Shown here: positions 1 through 9,444 of the stretch, in pieces | Position numbering within the stretch: position 1 is the stretch's first letter | Layout of the letters: every line of letters begins with the position of its first letter | Origin: Burkholderiales bacterium | Lineage (GTDB): Bacteria > Pseudomonadota > Gammaproteobacteria > Burkholderiales > SG8-39 | NCBI GenBank assembly: GCA_035456405.1 | Contig: DATIDG010000084.1 | Coordinates: 34,321 to 98,320 of the forward strand | Direction: 5' to 3' | Length of the DNA: 64,000 nucleotides | Made by a program: the position numbers and the translations under genes | Notes under the pieces: model-generated | Database searches by the model: none | Told to the model about the DNA's origin: nothing | The model's input: only the letters and a program-made list of their open reading frames with translations

Positions 1-1190
1 GGCCGGAGGTCGTCGCTCATGATCGCGACCTCGGTGGAAGGGATCGGCAGGCCGATCGTGCCGTTGAACTCGGAATTGAGCGGATTGATGCACGCCGCGG
101 GCGAGGTCTCGGTGAGCCCGTACGCCTCGACGAGGCGTGTGCCGGTGACCTTCTGCCAGCGCTCGGCCACCGCGCGCTGCACCGCGGTGCCGCCCCCGAG
201 CGAGAACTTGACGTGGCTGAAGTCGAGCTTGTCGAAACCCGGCGTGTTGAGCAGCCCGTTGAACAGCGTGTTCACGCCGGTCATCACGGAGAACGGCCGG
301 CGCGCGAGCTCCTTCACGAAGCCCGGCATGTCGCGCGGGTTGGTGATCAGGACGTTCTCGCCGCCCTGCTTCATGAACACGAGGCAGTTCGCGGTGAGGC
401 AGAAGATGTGATAAAGCGGCAGCGCGGTGATCACCACTTCCTCGCCGGCCTTCAGATCGTTGCCGATCCACGCGGCGCACTGCTGCAGGTTCGCGACGAT
501 GTTGCCGTGGGTGAGCATCGCGCCCTTCGCGACGCCCGTAGTGCCGCCGGTGTACTGCAGGAATGCGACATCCTCGTGCGTGAGCGGGACGTCCTTCAGC
601 AGTGCGCCTGTGCCGCGGCGCAGCGCGGCGCGGAACTCGATGGCACCGTCGATGCGCCACGCCGGGACCATCTTCTTCACGTTCTTGACGACGTAGTTGA
701 CGATCCAGCGCTTCGGGACCGGCACCATGTCGCCGATCTGCGTGGTGATGACGGTCTCGACGGCTGTCCTGTCGACGACCTGCTGCAGCGTGTGCGCGAA
801 GTTCTCGACGACGACGATGGCGCGCGCGCCCGAGTCCTTCAGCTGGTGCTCGAGCTCGCGCGCGGTGTAGAGCGGATTGACGTTCACCACCGTCATTCCC
901 GCGCGCAGGACGCCGAACAGCGCGATCGGATACTGGAGCAGGTTCGGCATCATGATCGCGACGCGCTCGCCCTTCGCGAGCTCCGGCATCGACTGCAAAA
1001 ACGCCGCGAAGTCGCGGCTCAGGCGGTCGAGGTCGCGGTAGGTCAGGGTGACGCCGAGATTGGAGTACGCGGCGCGGTCGGCGAAGCGCTGACAACTCTT
1101 CTCGAGGATGTCCCGGACGGAGGAGAACGCCTTGAGGTCGATCTCGGCCGGTATGCCGGGAGGGTAGCTCTTGAGCCAGGGCTTCGCCAT
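1..1190 (-). CDS. fadD: Long-chain-fatty-acid--CoA ligase (3' end runs off the window)
   Basis: The minus-strand frame from the ATG at 1190 reads MAKPWLKSYPPGIPAEID...RVAIMMPNLLQYPIALFG...NPLYTARELEHQL...LQYTGGTTGVAKG (AMP-binding P-loop). It is absent from the ORF track because no stop lies in the window. Confidence 0.93.
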   Translation of the reverse strand, partial: MAKPWLKSYPPGIPAEIDLKAFSSVRDILEKSCQRFADRAAYSNLGVTLTYRDLDRLSRDFAAFLQSMPELAKGERVAIMMPNLLQYPIALFGVLRAGMTVVNVNPLYTARELEHQLKDSGARAIVVVENFAHTLQQVVDRTAVETVITTQIGDMVPVPKRWIVNYVVKNVKKMVPAWRIDGAIEFRAALRRGTGALLKDVPLTHEDVAFLQYTGGTTGVAKGAMLTHGNIVANLQQCAAWIGNDLKAGEEVVITALPLYHIFCLTANCLVFMKQGGENVLITNPRDMPGFVKELARRPFSVMTGVNTLFNGLLNTPGFDKLDFSHVKFSLGGGTAVQRAVAERWQKVTGTRLVEAYGLTETSPAACINPLNSEFNGTIGLPIPSTEVAIMSDDLR

Positions 1191-1285
1191 TAATTGCTCC
1201 CGCTGTTCCGGCCGCAGGCCGGCATCCGCATGGAAGGGGCGAAGCGTAGCCAAGTGGACCGCCGGGTGCAACCGCTGCCCGAGGC

Positions 1286-2029
1286 TCAGGCACCCTCGAC
1301 ATCGAAGGGGCGCGGGTCTCCCGCGAAGAGCCGCGCGTTGATGAGCGATTCGCGCGCGGCAATGACTGCCAGAAACTCGTCGGCGCCGCGCATGCCGCGA
1401 AAGGCCGCAAAGCCGCGCGCGAGGAACTCATGCAGCGCGCCGAGGCCGGCGGCGCGCGCCGGCGCCTCCATGACCCGCAGGGCACCTGCGATCAGGGGCT
1501 TCCGAGCCAGCTTGTCCAGCGCCGCGCCGATGCGTCCGACCAGCCAGATCTGGCGCTCGCGCTCCGCACTTGAGCCGGCGGCCCGGTACGCCTCTGCGTA
1601 CGAACCTTCGCTGAGCTCGAGGGCCCGCGCGCCGGGCTGCCGCCGACGCAGCGCCGCGGCGACGCGCTGGTCGAGCGCCTCCGAGAGCGCGTCCAGCTCC
1701 ACCGCCAGCCCGATCGTCTCGATCGCCGCCGCAGGCAGCAGGCGCGTCAGTGTCGGGATGATTCGGGCGAGCGCTTCGTCGCGCGCGGAGAAGTCCTTGG
1801 GGCCGTACAAGTCGGAGAGGAAGAAGGCCGCCGCATCTCCGTAGCGCGGGCTCGCGAGGAGATCCGGATACGTGCGCGCGAGTCGGTCCGCCTGCCAGGC
1901 GCGCACCAGGAGGCGGTCCTGACCGAGCACAGGGTCGCTGCGTGCGGCATCCCGCAGCTCGCGTACGCGCGCGACTTCGTCGCGCAGCCGCGGCGCGGAG
2001 GGGGCGGACTCGGACGCGGCATCGGCCAT
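1286..2029 (-). CDS. Conserved hypothetical protein (FFLEELY-motif-like)
   Basis: Clean ORF with WQADRLARTYPDLL...AAAFFLSDLYGPKDFSARD...FLARGFAAF; function unknown. Confidence 0.7.
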   Translation of the reverse strand: MADAASESAPSAPRLRDEVARVRELRDAARSDPVLGQDRLLVRAWQADRLARTYPDLLASPRYGDAAAFFLSDLYGPKDFSARDEALARIIPTLTRLLPAAAIETIGLAVELDALSEALDQRVAAALRRRQPGARALELSEGSYAEAYRAAGSSAERERQIWLVGRIGAALDKLARKPLIAGALRVMEAPARAAGLGALHEFLARGFAAFRGMRGADEFLAVIAARESLINARLFAGDPRPFDVEGA

Positions 2030-2081
2030 GCGCACCGATTATAGGGAGGCGCCCTCGGCGCGCGTCCGGCCGCCGTCCGAT

Positions 2082-2115
2082 TAGAGCGAGGGCTCTACGT
2101 GCCGGAGCTAGAATC
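2082..2115 (+). promoter_or_regulatory. Inverted repeat TAGAGC-N4-GCTCTA plus a -10-like TAGAAT upstream of the aldehyde dehydrogenase operon
   Basis: The palindrome at 2082-2097 and TAGAAT at about 2109-2114 lie in the divergent intergenic region. Confidence 0.35.
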
Positions 2116-2142
2116 GATCGCAGTCTCAACGGAGCGTCGTGG

Positions 2143-3579
2143 ATGAACGCGCCCAACTCGCAGCTGCTCCCTCCCGGCATGGCCAGGCTGGACAAGCTAT
2201 TCGCGGCCCAGCGCGCCGCAGTCGCGCGGTCGCCGTACCCGGACGCCGAAACTCGCGAGCGGCGCCTCGCTGCGCTCGAGCGTCTGCTGCGCGAGAACGC
2301 CGAGCCGATCGCCGCGGCGATCGCCCTCGATTTCGGACACCGGTCGGCGCACGAAACGCGCCTCCTCGAGCTCTTCCCGAGCCTGGAAGCAGTGCGCCAC
2401 GCGCGCCGTCGCGTGCGGAAATGGATGAGCCCCAGGCGGCGTGCGACCTCGCTCTGGTTTCGCCCCGGCCGCTCGCAGCTCGTCGTGCAGCCGCTCGGCG
2501 TGGTCGGAATCATCGTCCCCTGGAACTACCCGGTCTACCTCGCGGTCGGTCCGCTCGTCGCGGCGCTGGCGGCGGGCAACCGCGCGCTGGTCAAGATGTC
2601 GGAGCTCGCGCCCGCCACCGCCGAGCTGCTCGACACGCTAGTGCGCAAGAACTTCGACCCGGACGAGGTGTCGATCGTGACGGGTGATGCCGATGTCGGA
2701 CGCGCGTTCGCGGCGTTGCCGTTCGACCATCTGCTCTTCACCGGCTCCACCGGCGTCGGGCGAGCGGTCATGCGGGCGGCCGCCGACAACCTGACTCCGG
2801 TCACGCTCGAGCTGGGCGGGAAGTCGCCGGCGATCGTCGCGCCCGACTATCCGATCGGCGCCGCGGCCGAGCGCATCATGATCGGCAAGCTCATGAACGC
2901 CGGGCAGACCTGCATCGCGCCCGATTACGCGCTCGTCCCGGCGGCGCGCGTGAGCGGGTTCGTGGAGGCCGCGCGGCAGGTCGTTGCGGTCTGCTACCCG
3001 GATCCCCTCCGTTCCCCCGACTACAGCTCGATCATCGATGCGCGCCACTTCGCGCGGCTCAACGGCTACATCGACGAGGCGCGGGCGCAGGGCGCAGAAG
3101 CGGTGACGCTCGGGCCGGCCGGCGCGGCGCCGGACGCCGCGACGCGCCGGATCCCCCCGACGCTGCTCGTCGGCGCGCCCGATTCGTCCCGGGTGATGCG
3201 CGAGGAGATCTTCGGGCCGATCCTGCCGGTCGTCGCGTACGACGACTTCGACGCGGCGCTCGCCTACGTCAATGCGCGCCCGCGGCCGCTTGCGCTCTAT
3301 GTCTTCGATCGCGACGAGGCGCGCATCCGACGGGTGCTGACCGAAACGGTCGCCGGCGGCGTGACGATCAACGACACGATCCTGCACATTGCGCAGGACG
3401 GCCTGCCGTTCGGTGGCGTCGGGCCGAGCGGCATGGGCCAGTACCACGGATACGACGGCTTCCTCGCCTTCTCGAAGCAGAAGGGCGTCTTCCGCCAGGC
3501 GCGCGTGAACGCGATGGCGCTCTTCAAGCCGCCGTACGGCAAGACGTTCGAGCGCCTCGTCGGCTTCCTCCTCCGTTGA
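2143..3579 (+). CDS. Fatty/coniferyl aldehyde dehydrogenase (CalB / P. aeruginosa LaoC-like)
   Basis: ALDH motifs PWNYP, FTGS, TLELGGKSP, NAGQTCIAPDY, EEIFGPILP and LPFGGVGPSGMG. Confidence 0.9.
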   Translation: MNAPNSQLLPPGMARLDKLFAAQRAAVARSPYPDAETRERRLAALERLLRENAEPIAAAIALDFGHRSAHETRLLELFPSLEAVRHARRRVRKWMSPRRRATSLWFRPGRSQLVVQPLGVVGIIVPWNYPVYLAVGPLVAALAAGNRALVKMSELAPATAELLDTLVRKNFDPDEVSIVTGDADVGRAFAALPFDHLLFTGSTGVGRAVMRAAADNLTPVTLELGGKSPAIVAPDYPIGAAAERIMIGKLMNAGQTCIAPDYALVPAARVSGFVEAARQVVAVCYPDPLRSPDYSSIIDARHFARLNGYIDEARAQGAEAVTLGPAGAAPDAATRRIPPTLLVGAPDSSRVMREEIFGPILPVVAYDDFDAALAYVNARPRPLALYVFDRDEARIRRVLTETVAGGVTINDTILHIAQDGLPFGGVGPSGMGQYHGYDGFLAFSKQKGVFRQARVNAMALFKPPYGKTFERLVGFLLR

Positions 3580-4091
3580 TGGTTTCCCGCCGGCAGTTCC
3601 TCAAATTCGGGCTCGCGGGGGGCCTGCTGCTGGCCGCGGCCGGCGCCGCACGCGCGCAGACGGGCTATCGCGCCGCAAGCGGTGCCGACCGATTCGAGGT
3701 GCTGAGCGACGACGATCGCGAGGTGATTGCCGCAGTCGCGCCGGCGATCCTCGCGGGCACCGGGGCGGCGGGGGCGCGACTCGAGGCGATCGTCGGCAGC
3801 GTCGACCGCGCCGTGGCGGGGCTGCCGCCGCACCTGCAGGCCGAGGTGAAGCAGCTCTTGGCGCTGCTCGCATCCTGGCCTGGGCGGCGCCTGCTCGCGG
3901 GCGTGAGCGCGCCGTGGCCGCAGGCCTCGCGCACGGAGGTTGCGGCGTTCCTGGAGCGATGGCGCTTCAGCGGCTGGGCACTGTTCCAGCAGGCGTATCA
4001 CGCGCTGCACGAGCTTGTGCTCGCGGCGTGGTACGCGCGGCCCGACAGCTGGCCGGAAATCGGCTATCCGGGCCCGCCGGTGCTCGGATGA
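3579..4091 (+). CDS. Twin-arginine signal small partner protein (LaoB-like / gluconate dehydrogenase subunit 3-like)
   Basis: N-terminal SRRQFLK Tat motif plus a hydrophobic stretch; C-terminal WPEIGYPGP; overlaps both neighbouring genes. Confidence 0.8.
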   Translation: MVSRRQFLKFGLAGGLLLAAAGAARAQTGYRAASGADRFEVLSDDDREVIAAVAPAILAGTGAAGARLEAIVGSVDRAVAGLPPHLQAEVKQLLALLASWPGRRLLAGVSAPWPQASRTEVAAFLERWRFSGWALFQQAYHALHELVLAAWYARPDSWPEIGYPGPPVLG

Positions 4092-5698
4092 TCCGCGACC
4101 CGATCCGCGCCGGGCTTGCGTCCGGCTGGAAGGTCACTGACGCTTCGGCGCTCGAGCGCGACCTCGTGCTCGATGCGGACGTCGCGATCGTCGGCACCGG
4201 CGCAGGCGGCGGCGTCACCGCGGAGATCCTCGCCGAGGCCGGGCTCGACGTCGTGCTGGTGGAGGAGGGCCCGCTCAAGAGCTCGGCCGACTTCCGCATG
4301 GCCGAGGCCGAGGCATACCCGCAGCTCTACCAGGAGTCGGCGGCGCGCAAGACGCTCGACAAGGCGATCACGATCCTCCAGGGCCGCAACGTGGGCGGCT
4401 CGACGACGGTGAACTGGACGTCGAGCTTCCGCACCCCCGAGGCGACGCTCGAGCACTGGCGGGAGCGCTTCGGCCTCGCCGAGCTCACGACGCCCGCGCT
4501 CGCGCCTTGGTTCGAGCGGATGGAGCGGCGCCTGGCGATTTCGCCATGGTCCGTGCCAGCTAACGAGAACAACGATCTCCTGCGCCGCGGCGGGGAGAAG
4601 CTTGGGATCGCGACCGCCGCGATCCGCCGCAACGTGAGCGGCTGCCTGAATCTCGGCTACTGCGGCATGGGCTGCCCGACCAATGCGAAGCAGTCGATGC
4701 TGGTGACGACGATCCCGGCGGCGCTCGATCGCGGGGCGCGGCTCGTGTGCCTCGCCCGCGCCGAGCGCCTGCGACTGAATCGGGGTCGCGCGGACGCACT
4801 GGAGTGCCGCGCGCTCGATGCGCGTGGCGTGCACGCGACCGAGCGGCGCATCACGGTGCGCGCACGGCACTACGTGGTTGCAGCAGGCGGCATCGGCTCG
4901 CCCGCGCTGCTGCTCCGCAGCGGGGCGCCGGACCCATTCCGCGTGCTCGGATTCCGCACGTTCCTGCATCCGACGGTGATCTCGGCGGCCGTGATGCCGA
5001 ACCCGGTGCACGGCTACGCCGGCGCGCCGCAGACGATCTACTCGGATCACTTCCTCGAGCGCGGTGCGGTCGACGGGCCGATCGGCTTCAAGCTCGAGGC
5101 GGCGCCCCTGCACCCGGTCCTCTTCGGGATGACGCTGCAAGGCTTCGGCGAGGGACACGCCGAGAAGATGAAGACTTTCCCCAACGCGCACGTCCTGATC
5201 GCGCTTCTGCGCGACGGCTTTCACCCCGGCAGCCCCGGCGGCAACGTGGGACTCCGCGGCGACGGCTCGCCGGTGCTCGCCTACGGGCTGACGCCATATG
5301 TCTGGGACGGCGTCCGGCGAGCACTCCTCGCAATGGCCGAGATCCAGTTCGCGGCGGGCGCGCGCGACGTGCTGCCGGTGCACGAGCGCGCCAGGCCGTA
5401 CGCGTCCTGGGCCGAAGCCAAGGCGGGGATCGCGGCGTTGCCGCTCGAGCCACTGCTCACGCGCGTGGTGTCGGCGCACGTGATGGGCGGCTGCGCGATG
5501 GCCGACGTGCCGCAGCGCGGCGTGGTCGACGCGGCTGGACGTCACTTCCAGATCGAAAATCTCTCGGTGCACGACGGCTCGGTCTTCCCGACCAGCCTCG
5601 GGGTCAATCCGCAGCTCACGATCTACGCGCTGACCGCGCGCAATGCCGTCGGGCTGGCTGCGACGCTGACCGGCCGGCTCGCGGGCGCAGGAGCCTGA
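4088..5698 (+). CDS. GMC-family oxidoreductase (long-chain alcohol oxidase/dehydrogenase, LaoA-like)
   Basis: GTGAGGG FAD motif, GGSTTVNW, CxxxGYCGMGCP, SAHVMGGC and DGSVFPTSLGVNPQLTI. Confidence 0.88.
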   Translation: MIRDPIRAGLASGWKVTDASALERDLVLDADVAIVGTGAGGGVTAEILAEAGLDVVLVEEGPLKSSADFRMAEAEAYPQLYQESAARKTLDKAITILQGRNVGGSTTVNWTSSFRTPEATLEHWRERFGLAELTTPALAPWFERMERRLAISPWSVPANENNDLLRRGGEKLGIATAAIRRNVSGCLNLGYCGMGCPTNAKQSMLVTTIPAALDRGARLVCLARAERLRLNRGRADALECRALDARGVHATERRITVRARHYVVAAGGIGSPALLLRSGAPDPFRVLGFRTFLHPTVISAAVMPNPVHGYAGAPQTIYSDHFLERGAVDGPIGFKLEAAPLHPVLFGMTLQGFGEGHAEKMKTFPNAHVLIALLRDGFHPGSPGGNVGLRGDGSPVLAYGLTPYVWDGVRRALLAMAEIQFAAGARDVLPVHERARPYASWAEAKAGIAALPLEPLLTRVVSAHVMGGCAMADVPQRGVVDAAGRHFQIENLSVHDGSVFPTSLGVNPQLTIYALTARNAVGLAATLTGRLAGAGA

Positions 5699-6651
5699 TG
5701 CTCGCGAGTCGGCTGCGCCTGCTGCTCGGTCTCGAGATTGCGGTCTACGCGACGATCGGCGCATGGTTCGTAAGCGCGCGCGGTTGGTCGGGCGGGGAGG
5801 CGATTGCCCTCGCAGTCGCCTGTGCCTTCGTGCTGCGCCTGGTGTTCGGGCTTACGACTTACGCCTTTGCGTGGCGCTGGCGCAGCGCGACGCCCGAGGC
5901 GTTCCGCCTCGGAGTGCCGGCGATGATCGGGCACGTGCTCCGCGAGGTCGGCACGTTGGCCGGACTTTACGCAGTGCTACAGCCGTTCGACCGCTTGTGG
6001 ATGGGCGCGCCCCGGCCGCCCGTCGGATCGGGCGCGCGCCTGCCGGTGCTTCTCGTCCACGGATACGTCTGCAATCGCGCGGTGTGGCGCTCACTCGTGG
6101 AGGCACTGCGCCGGCGTGGCGAATGCGTCGCGGCGCCGAACTTCGAGCCGGTCTACGGCTCCATCGACCTGTGGGTGCCGCAGCTCGCCGCGCGGATCGA
6201 CGAGCTGCTGGCCGCAACCGGGCGGGAGCAGGTGGTGCTCGTCGCGCACAGTCTGGGCGGCCTTGCGGTGCGAGCGTATCTGCGCGTGCACGGCGGCGGC
6301 AAGGTGGCGCGCGTGATCACGTTCGGGACGCCGCACCACGGCAGCATGCATGCGCATCTCGGTGCCGGTCAGAACGCACGCGAGATGGAGCCGGGCTCGC
6401 CCTGGCTCGCGGCGCTCGCGGCCGCGGAGACCGTGGGCGTCGCGGCTCCGCTCCTGGCGATCTATTCCCTCCACGACGACTTCGTCACGCCGCAGTCGAG
6501 CGCCGCGCATCCGCAGGCGCGCAACGTCCCGCTCGCCGGCATCGGACACCTTGCGATGCACTTCTCCCGGACCGTGCGGGACCTCGTTCTGCGCGAGATC
6601 GACGCGGCGAACGTCGTCAGCCAGAGGAGTTCGAGCGCCTGCGCAGCCTGA
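5698..6651 (+). CDS. Membrane-anchored alpha/beta-hydrolase (lipase/esterase)
   Basis: N-terminal hydrophobic helices, PVLLVHG, nucleophile elbow AHSLGG, GTPHHGS, catalytic D (DDFV) and H (GH). Confidence 0.8.
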   Translation: MLASRLRLLLGLEIAVYATIGAWFVSARGWSGGEAIALAVACAFVLRLVFGLTTYAFAWRWRSATPEAFRLGVPAMIGHVLREVGTLAGLYAVLQPFDRLWMGAPRPPVGSGARLPVLLVHGYVCNRAVWRSLVEALRRRGECVAAPNFEPVYGSIDLWVPQLAARIDELLAATGREQVVLVAHSLGGLAVRAYLRVHGGGKVARVITFGTPHHGSMHAHLGAGQNAREMEPGSPWLAALAAAETVGVAAPLLAIYSLHDDFVTPQSSAAHPQARNVPLAGIGHLAMHFSRTVRDLVLREIDAANVVSQRSSSACAA

Positions 6652-6741
6652 CCGGGCGCCTTGCCCCCGGTCAGCCTTGGCCTTTCATTTCGGATGGAGC
6701 CGGTCCTGCATCGCGGGACCGCCGTGAACCCATGCGGAGCA

Positions 6742-8730
6742 TTAGAAGTGTATGCCCCGCATGAGGTTCGACACGGCGATCATGTCCGGCGTCGCCGCCG
6801 GCGTGATCTCGTCCTTCTTGCCCGCAGCCGCCGCCGAGTCGGGGAACATGCGGAAGGTCGTGTTCATGATGACCTGCGCCACCCGCGGCAGCAGCGCGTG
6901 TAGCACCTCCCCGAAGACGCCGAGCCGGGTGGCGATCCGGACCGGCCTGTAGACGATCCCCTCGACCACCAAGTCGGCCGCCTCTTCCGGCGTGAGCGTC
7001 GGGACCTGGTTGTAGATCTTGGTCGGCGCGATCATCGGCGTCTTCACGAGCGGCATGTTGATGGTCGTGAACTGGATCCCCATGTCGGCGAACTCGGAGG
7101 CGGCGCAGCGCGTCCATGCGTCGAGGGCGGCTTTGGAGGCGACGTACGCCGAGAAGCGCGGCGCGTTCGTCAGCACCCCGATCGACGAGATGTTGATCAC
7201 GTGCCCGCGGCGCTTCTTGACCATCATCGGCAGCAGGCCGAGCGTGAGCCGCAGCGCGCCGTAGTAGTTGACCGACATGGTGCGCTCGAAGTCGTGGTAG
7301 CGGTCGAACGAGTTCTCGATCGCGCGCCGGATCGAGCGGCCGGCGTTGTTCACGAGGATGTCGACGCCGCCATGATTGTCCTCGAGTTTGCGCACCAGCT
7401 CCTCGCACTGGCCGGGGTCGGAGACGTCGACCGAGTAGGTAACGACCGAGTGGCCCCTGGCCGTGATGTCCTTCTTGGCCGCGGCGAGCTTCTCCGGGTC
7501 GCGCGCGATGATGAGCGTGGTGGCGCCGGCGGCGGCGACCTTGTGCGCGGTCGCGAGCCCGATCCCGGAGGATCCGCCGGTGATGAGCACCACCTTCCCC
7601 TTCACCGTGCCCTTGAGGGTGCGGTCGATCCTCAGATCCGGGTCGAGGTGGCGCTCCCAGTAGTCCCACAGGCGCCACGCATAGGTCTCCAGCGCGGGGA
7701 CCTCGATACCGGACCCCTTCAGCGCGGCGGTCGCCTCGCGGCAGTCGAACCGCGTCGGGTAGTTGACGAACGTCAGGATGTCCTCGGGCAGTCCGAGATC
7801 CTTCATGACCGCCTTCTGGATCCGCCTGACCGGCGTGAGCGCCATCAGTCCCTTCTTGATGCCCTTCGGGATGAAGCCGAAGAGCGCGGCGTTCACGTAG
7901 AGCGACATGGCCGGCGCGTGCCCGGCCTTCGCGAACGTGTTCAGGACCTCGCCGACGCGCCGCGGGGACGGGTCGACCAGGTGGAAGCACTTGCCGTCGA
8001 GGCCCTTCTTGTGCGCGATGTGATCCATCGCGGCGACCACGAAGTCGACCGGGACGATGTTGATCCGCCCGCCCTCCAGGCCGATGGTCGGCATCCACGG
8101 CGGCAGCAGCTGGCGCGTGCGCTGGATGAGCTTGAAGAAGTAGTACGGGCCGTCGATCTTGTCCATCTCGCCGGTGCGCGAATCTCCGACCACGATGCCG
8201 GGGCGATACACGCGCCAGGGCACCTGGCAATCCTGGCGCACCAGCTTCTCGGACTCGTGCTTGGTCGAGAAATAGGGATGGTCGAGCCCCTCCGCCTCCT
8301 CGAACATGTCCTCGCGGAACACGCCTTCGTACAGGCCGGCGGCGGCGATCGAGCTCACGTGGTGGAAGCAGCCGGCGCCGATCTCGTTCGCGAAGAGGAC
8401 GGTGTTCTTGGTGCCCTCGATGTTGGCGATGCGCTGCGACTCCTCGTCGGCGCTGAGGTCGTACACCGCAGCAAGGTGGAAGAAATGCTTGATCTTGCCC
8501 TCGAGCTTCTTCCTTTCGGCGGACGTGATCCCCAGCCCAGGCAGGGCGAGATCGCCCCGTACCGCGATCGCGCGGGTTTCGTCGACGCCCCAGTAGTCGA
8601 GGAGATCGGCGATGCGCTTGGCCGACCGGTCGCGCACCAGGAAGTGGACGGTCGTGCCCTTGCGCTCGAGGATCTTGCGGACGAGCCGCTTGCCGATGAA
8701 GCCGGTCGCACCGGTGACGAAGTAATGCAT
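6742..8730 (-). CDS. Two-domain fatty acyl-CoA reductase (extended SDR plus classical SDR; Maqu_2507-like)
   Basis: True start is MHYFVTGATGFIG (RBS-like GGAGG upstream). A second Rossmann TGGSSGIG is followed by NNAGRSIRR and YVASK; about 662 aa. Confidence 0.88.
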   Translation of the reverse strand: MHYFVTGATGFIGKRLVRKILERKGTTVHFLVRDRSAKRIADLLDYWGVDETRAIAVRGDLALPGLGITSAERKKLEGKIKHFFHLAAVYDLSADEESQRIANIEGTKNTVLFANEIGAGCFHHVSSIAAAGLYEGVFREDMFEEAEGLDHPYFSTKHESEKLVRQDCQVPWRVYRPGIVVGDSRTGEMDKIDGPYYFFKLIQRTRQLLPPWMPTIGLEGGRINIVPVDFVVAAMDHIAHKKGLDGKCFHLVDPSPRRVGEVLNTFAKAGHAPAMSLYVNAALFGFIPKGIKKGLMALTPVRRIQKAVMKDLGLPEDILTFVNYPTRFDCREATAALKGSGIEVPALETYAWRLWDYWERHLDPDLRIDRTLKGTVKGKVVLITGGSSGIGLATAHKVAAAGATTLIIARDPEKLAAAKKDITARGHSVVTYSVDVSDPGQCEELVRKLEDNHGGVDILVNNAGRSIRRAIENSFDRYHDFERTMSVNYYGALRLTLGLLPMMVKKRRGHVINISSIGVLTNAPRFSAYVASKAALDAWTRCAASEFADMGIQFTTINMPLVKTPMIAPTKIYNQVPTLTPEEAADLVVEGIVYRPVRIATRLGVFGEVLHALLPRVAQVIMNTTFRMFPDSAAAAGKKDEITPAATPDMIAVSNLMRGIHF

Positions 8731-8861
8731 GCTCGATCCTCCTTGTACGGCCAGGCCTCGCGGGTGCGCGGTGGGTGCGCGGGGGGTGGGGCGGCGGATT
8801 ATAGATCCTGCGAAATCGGCCGGCACCGCCGGCGGGCGCCGCCCGGATTTTAGGGTGTCGG

Positions 8862-8884
8862 TTCTAGTCCGAGGACCTAGAATG
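8862..8884. promoter_or_regulatory. Inverted repeat TTCTAG-N9-CTAGAA overlapping a TAGAAT -10; candidate TetR/PhaD operator in the FAR/phasin divergent promoter
   Basis: TTCTAGTCCGAGGACCTAGAAT is seen directly; the operator role is inferred. Confidence 0.4.
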
Positions 8885-8962
8885 CCCCTTGAGCGTCGGC
8901 AGCAAAGACCGGCGGAATGAGGCCCGCGTCGGCTCGCCGGCCTTCGAGAACTGGAGACAGAC

Positions 8963-9415
8963 ATGGTGAAGAAGCTCAAGAGACTCGCGGAAGGCGCGTC
9001 GGACAACCAGCTTGCGGCGACGGTGCGGGATTCAGCGCAGCAGATCTGGCTCGCCGGGCTGGGTGCGTTCGGGAAGGCGCAGGCGGAGGGCGCGAAGGTC
9101 TTCGATGCCCTGGTCAAGGAAGGCAAGAACCTCGAGGGTCGGACCCGCAAGTTCGCCCAGATGCGAATGGGGTCGGTTACCGGGACGGTCGAGAAGGCGG
9201 CCACGAAAGCGACGGCTCGCGCGACCGCGACGTGGGACAAGCTCGAGCAGGTGTTCGAAGACCGCGTCGCGCGGGCGCTGCACAAGCTTGGCGTCCCGAC
9301 GAACCGCGACATCCAGAACCTCTCGAAGCGCGTCGAGGAACTGACCGCGAGCGTTCGCAAGCTCGATTCGGGGCGCACCAAGGCCGCTCGCGCGAAGCGC
9401 GCGGTGAGAAAGTAA
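8963..9415 (+). CDS. Phasin / PHA granule-associated protein (PhaF/PhaI family)
   Basis: SAQQIWLAGLGAF...GAKVFDALVKEG...WDKLEQVFEDRVARALHKLGVP is the typical PhaF/PhaI core; short basic tail. Confidence 0.9.
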   Translation: MVKKLKRLAEGASDNQLAATVRDSAQQIWLAGLGAFGKAQAEGAKVFDALVKEGKNLEGRTRKFAQMRMGSVTGTVEKAATKATARATATWDKLEQVFEDRVARALHKLGVPTNRDIQNLSKRVEELTASVRKLDSGRTKAARAKRAVRK

Positions 9416-9444
9416 TCGCCGCCGCGATCCTTGCACTCGACGGG

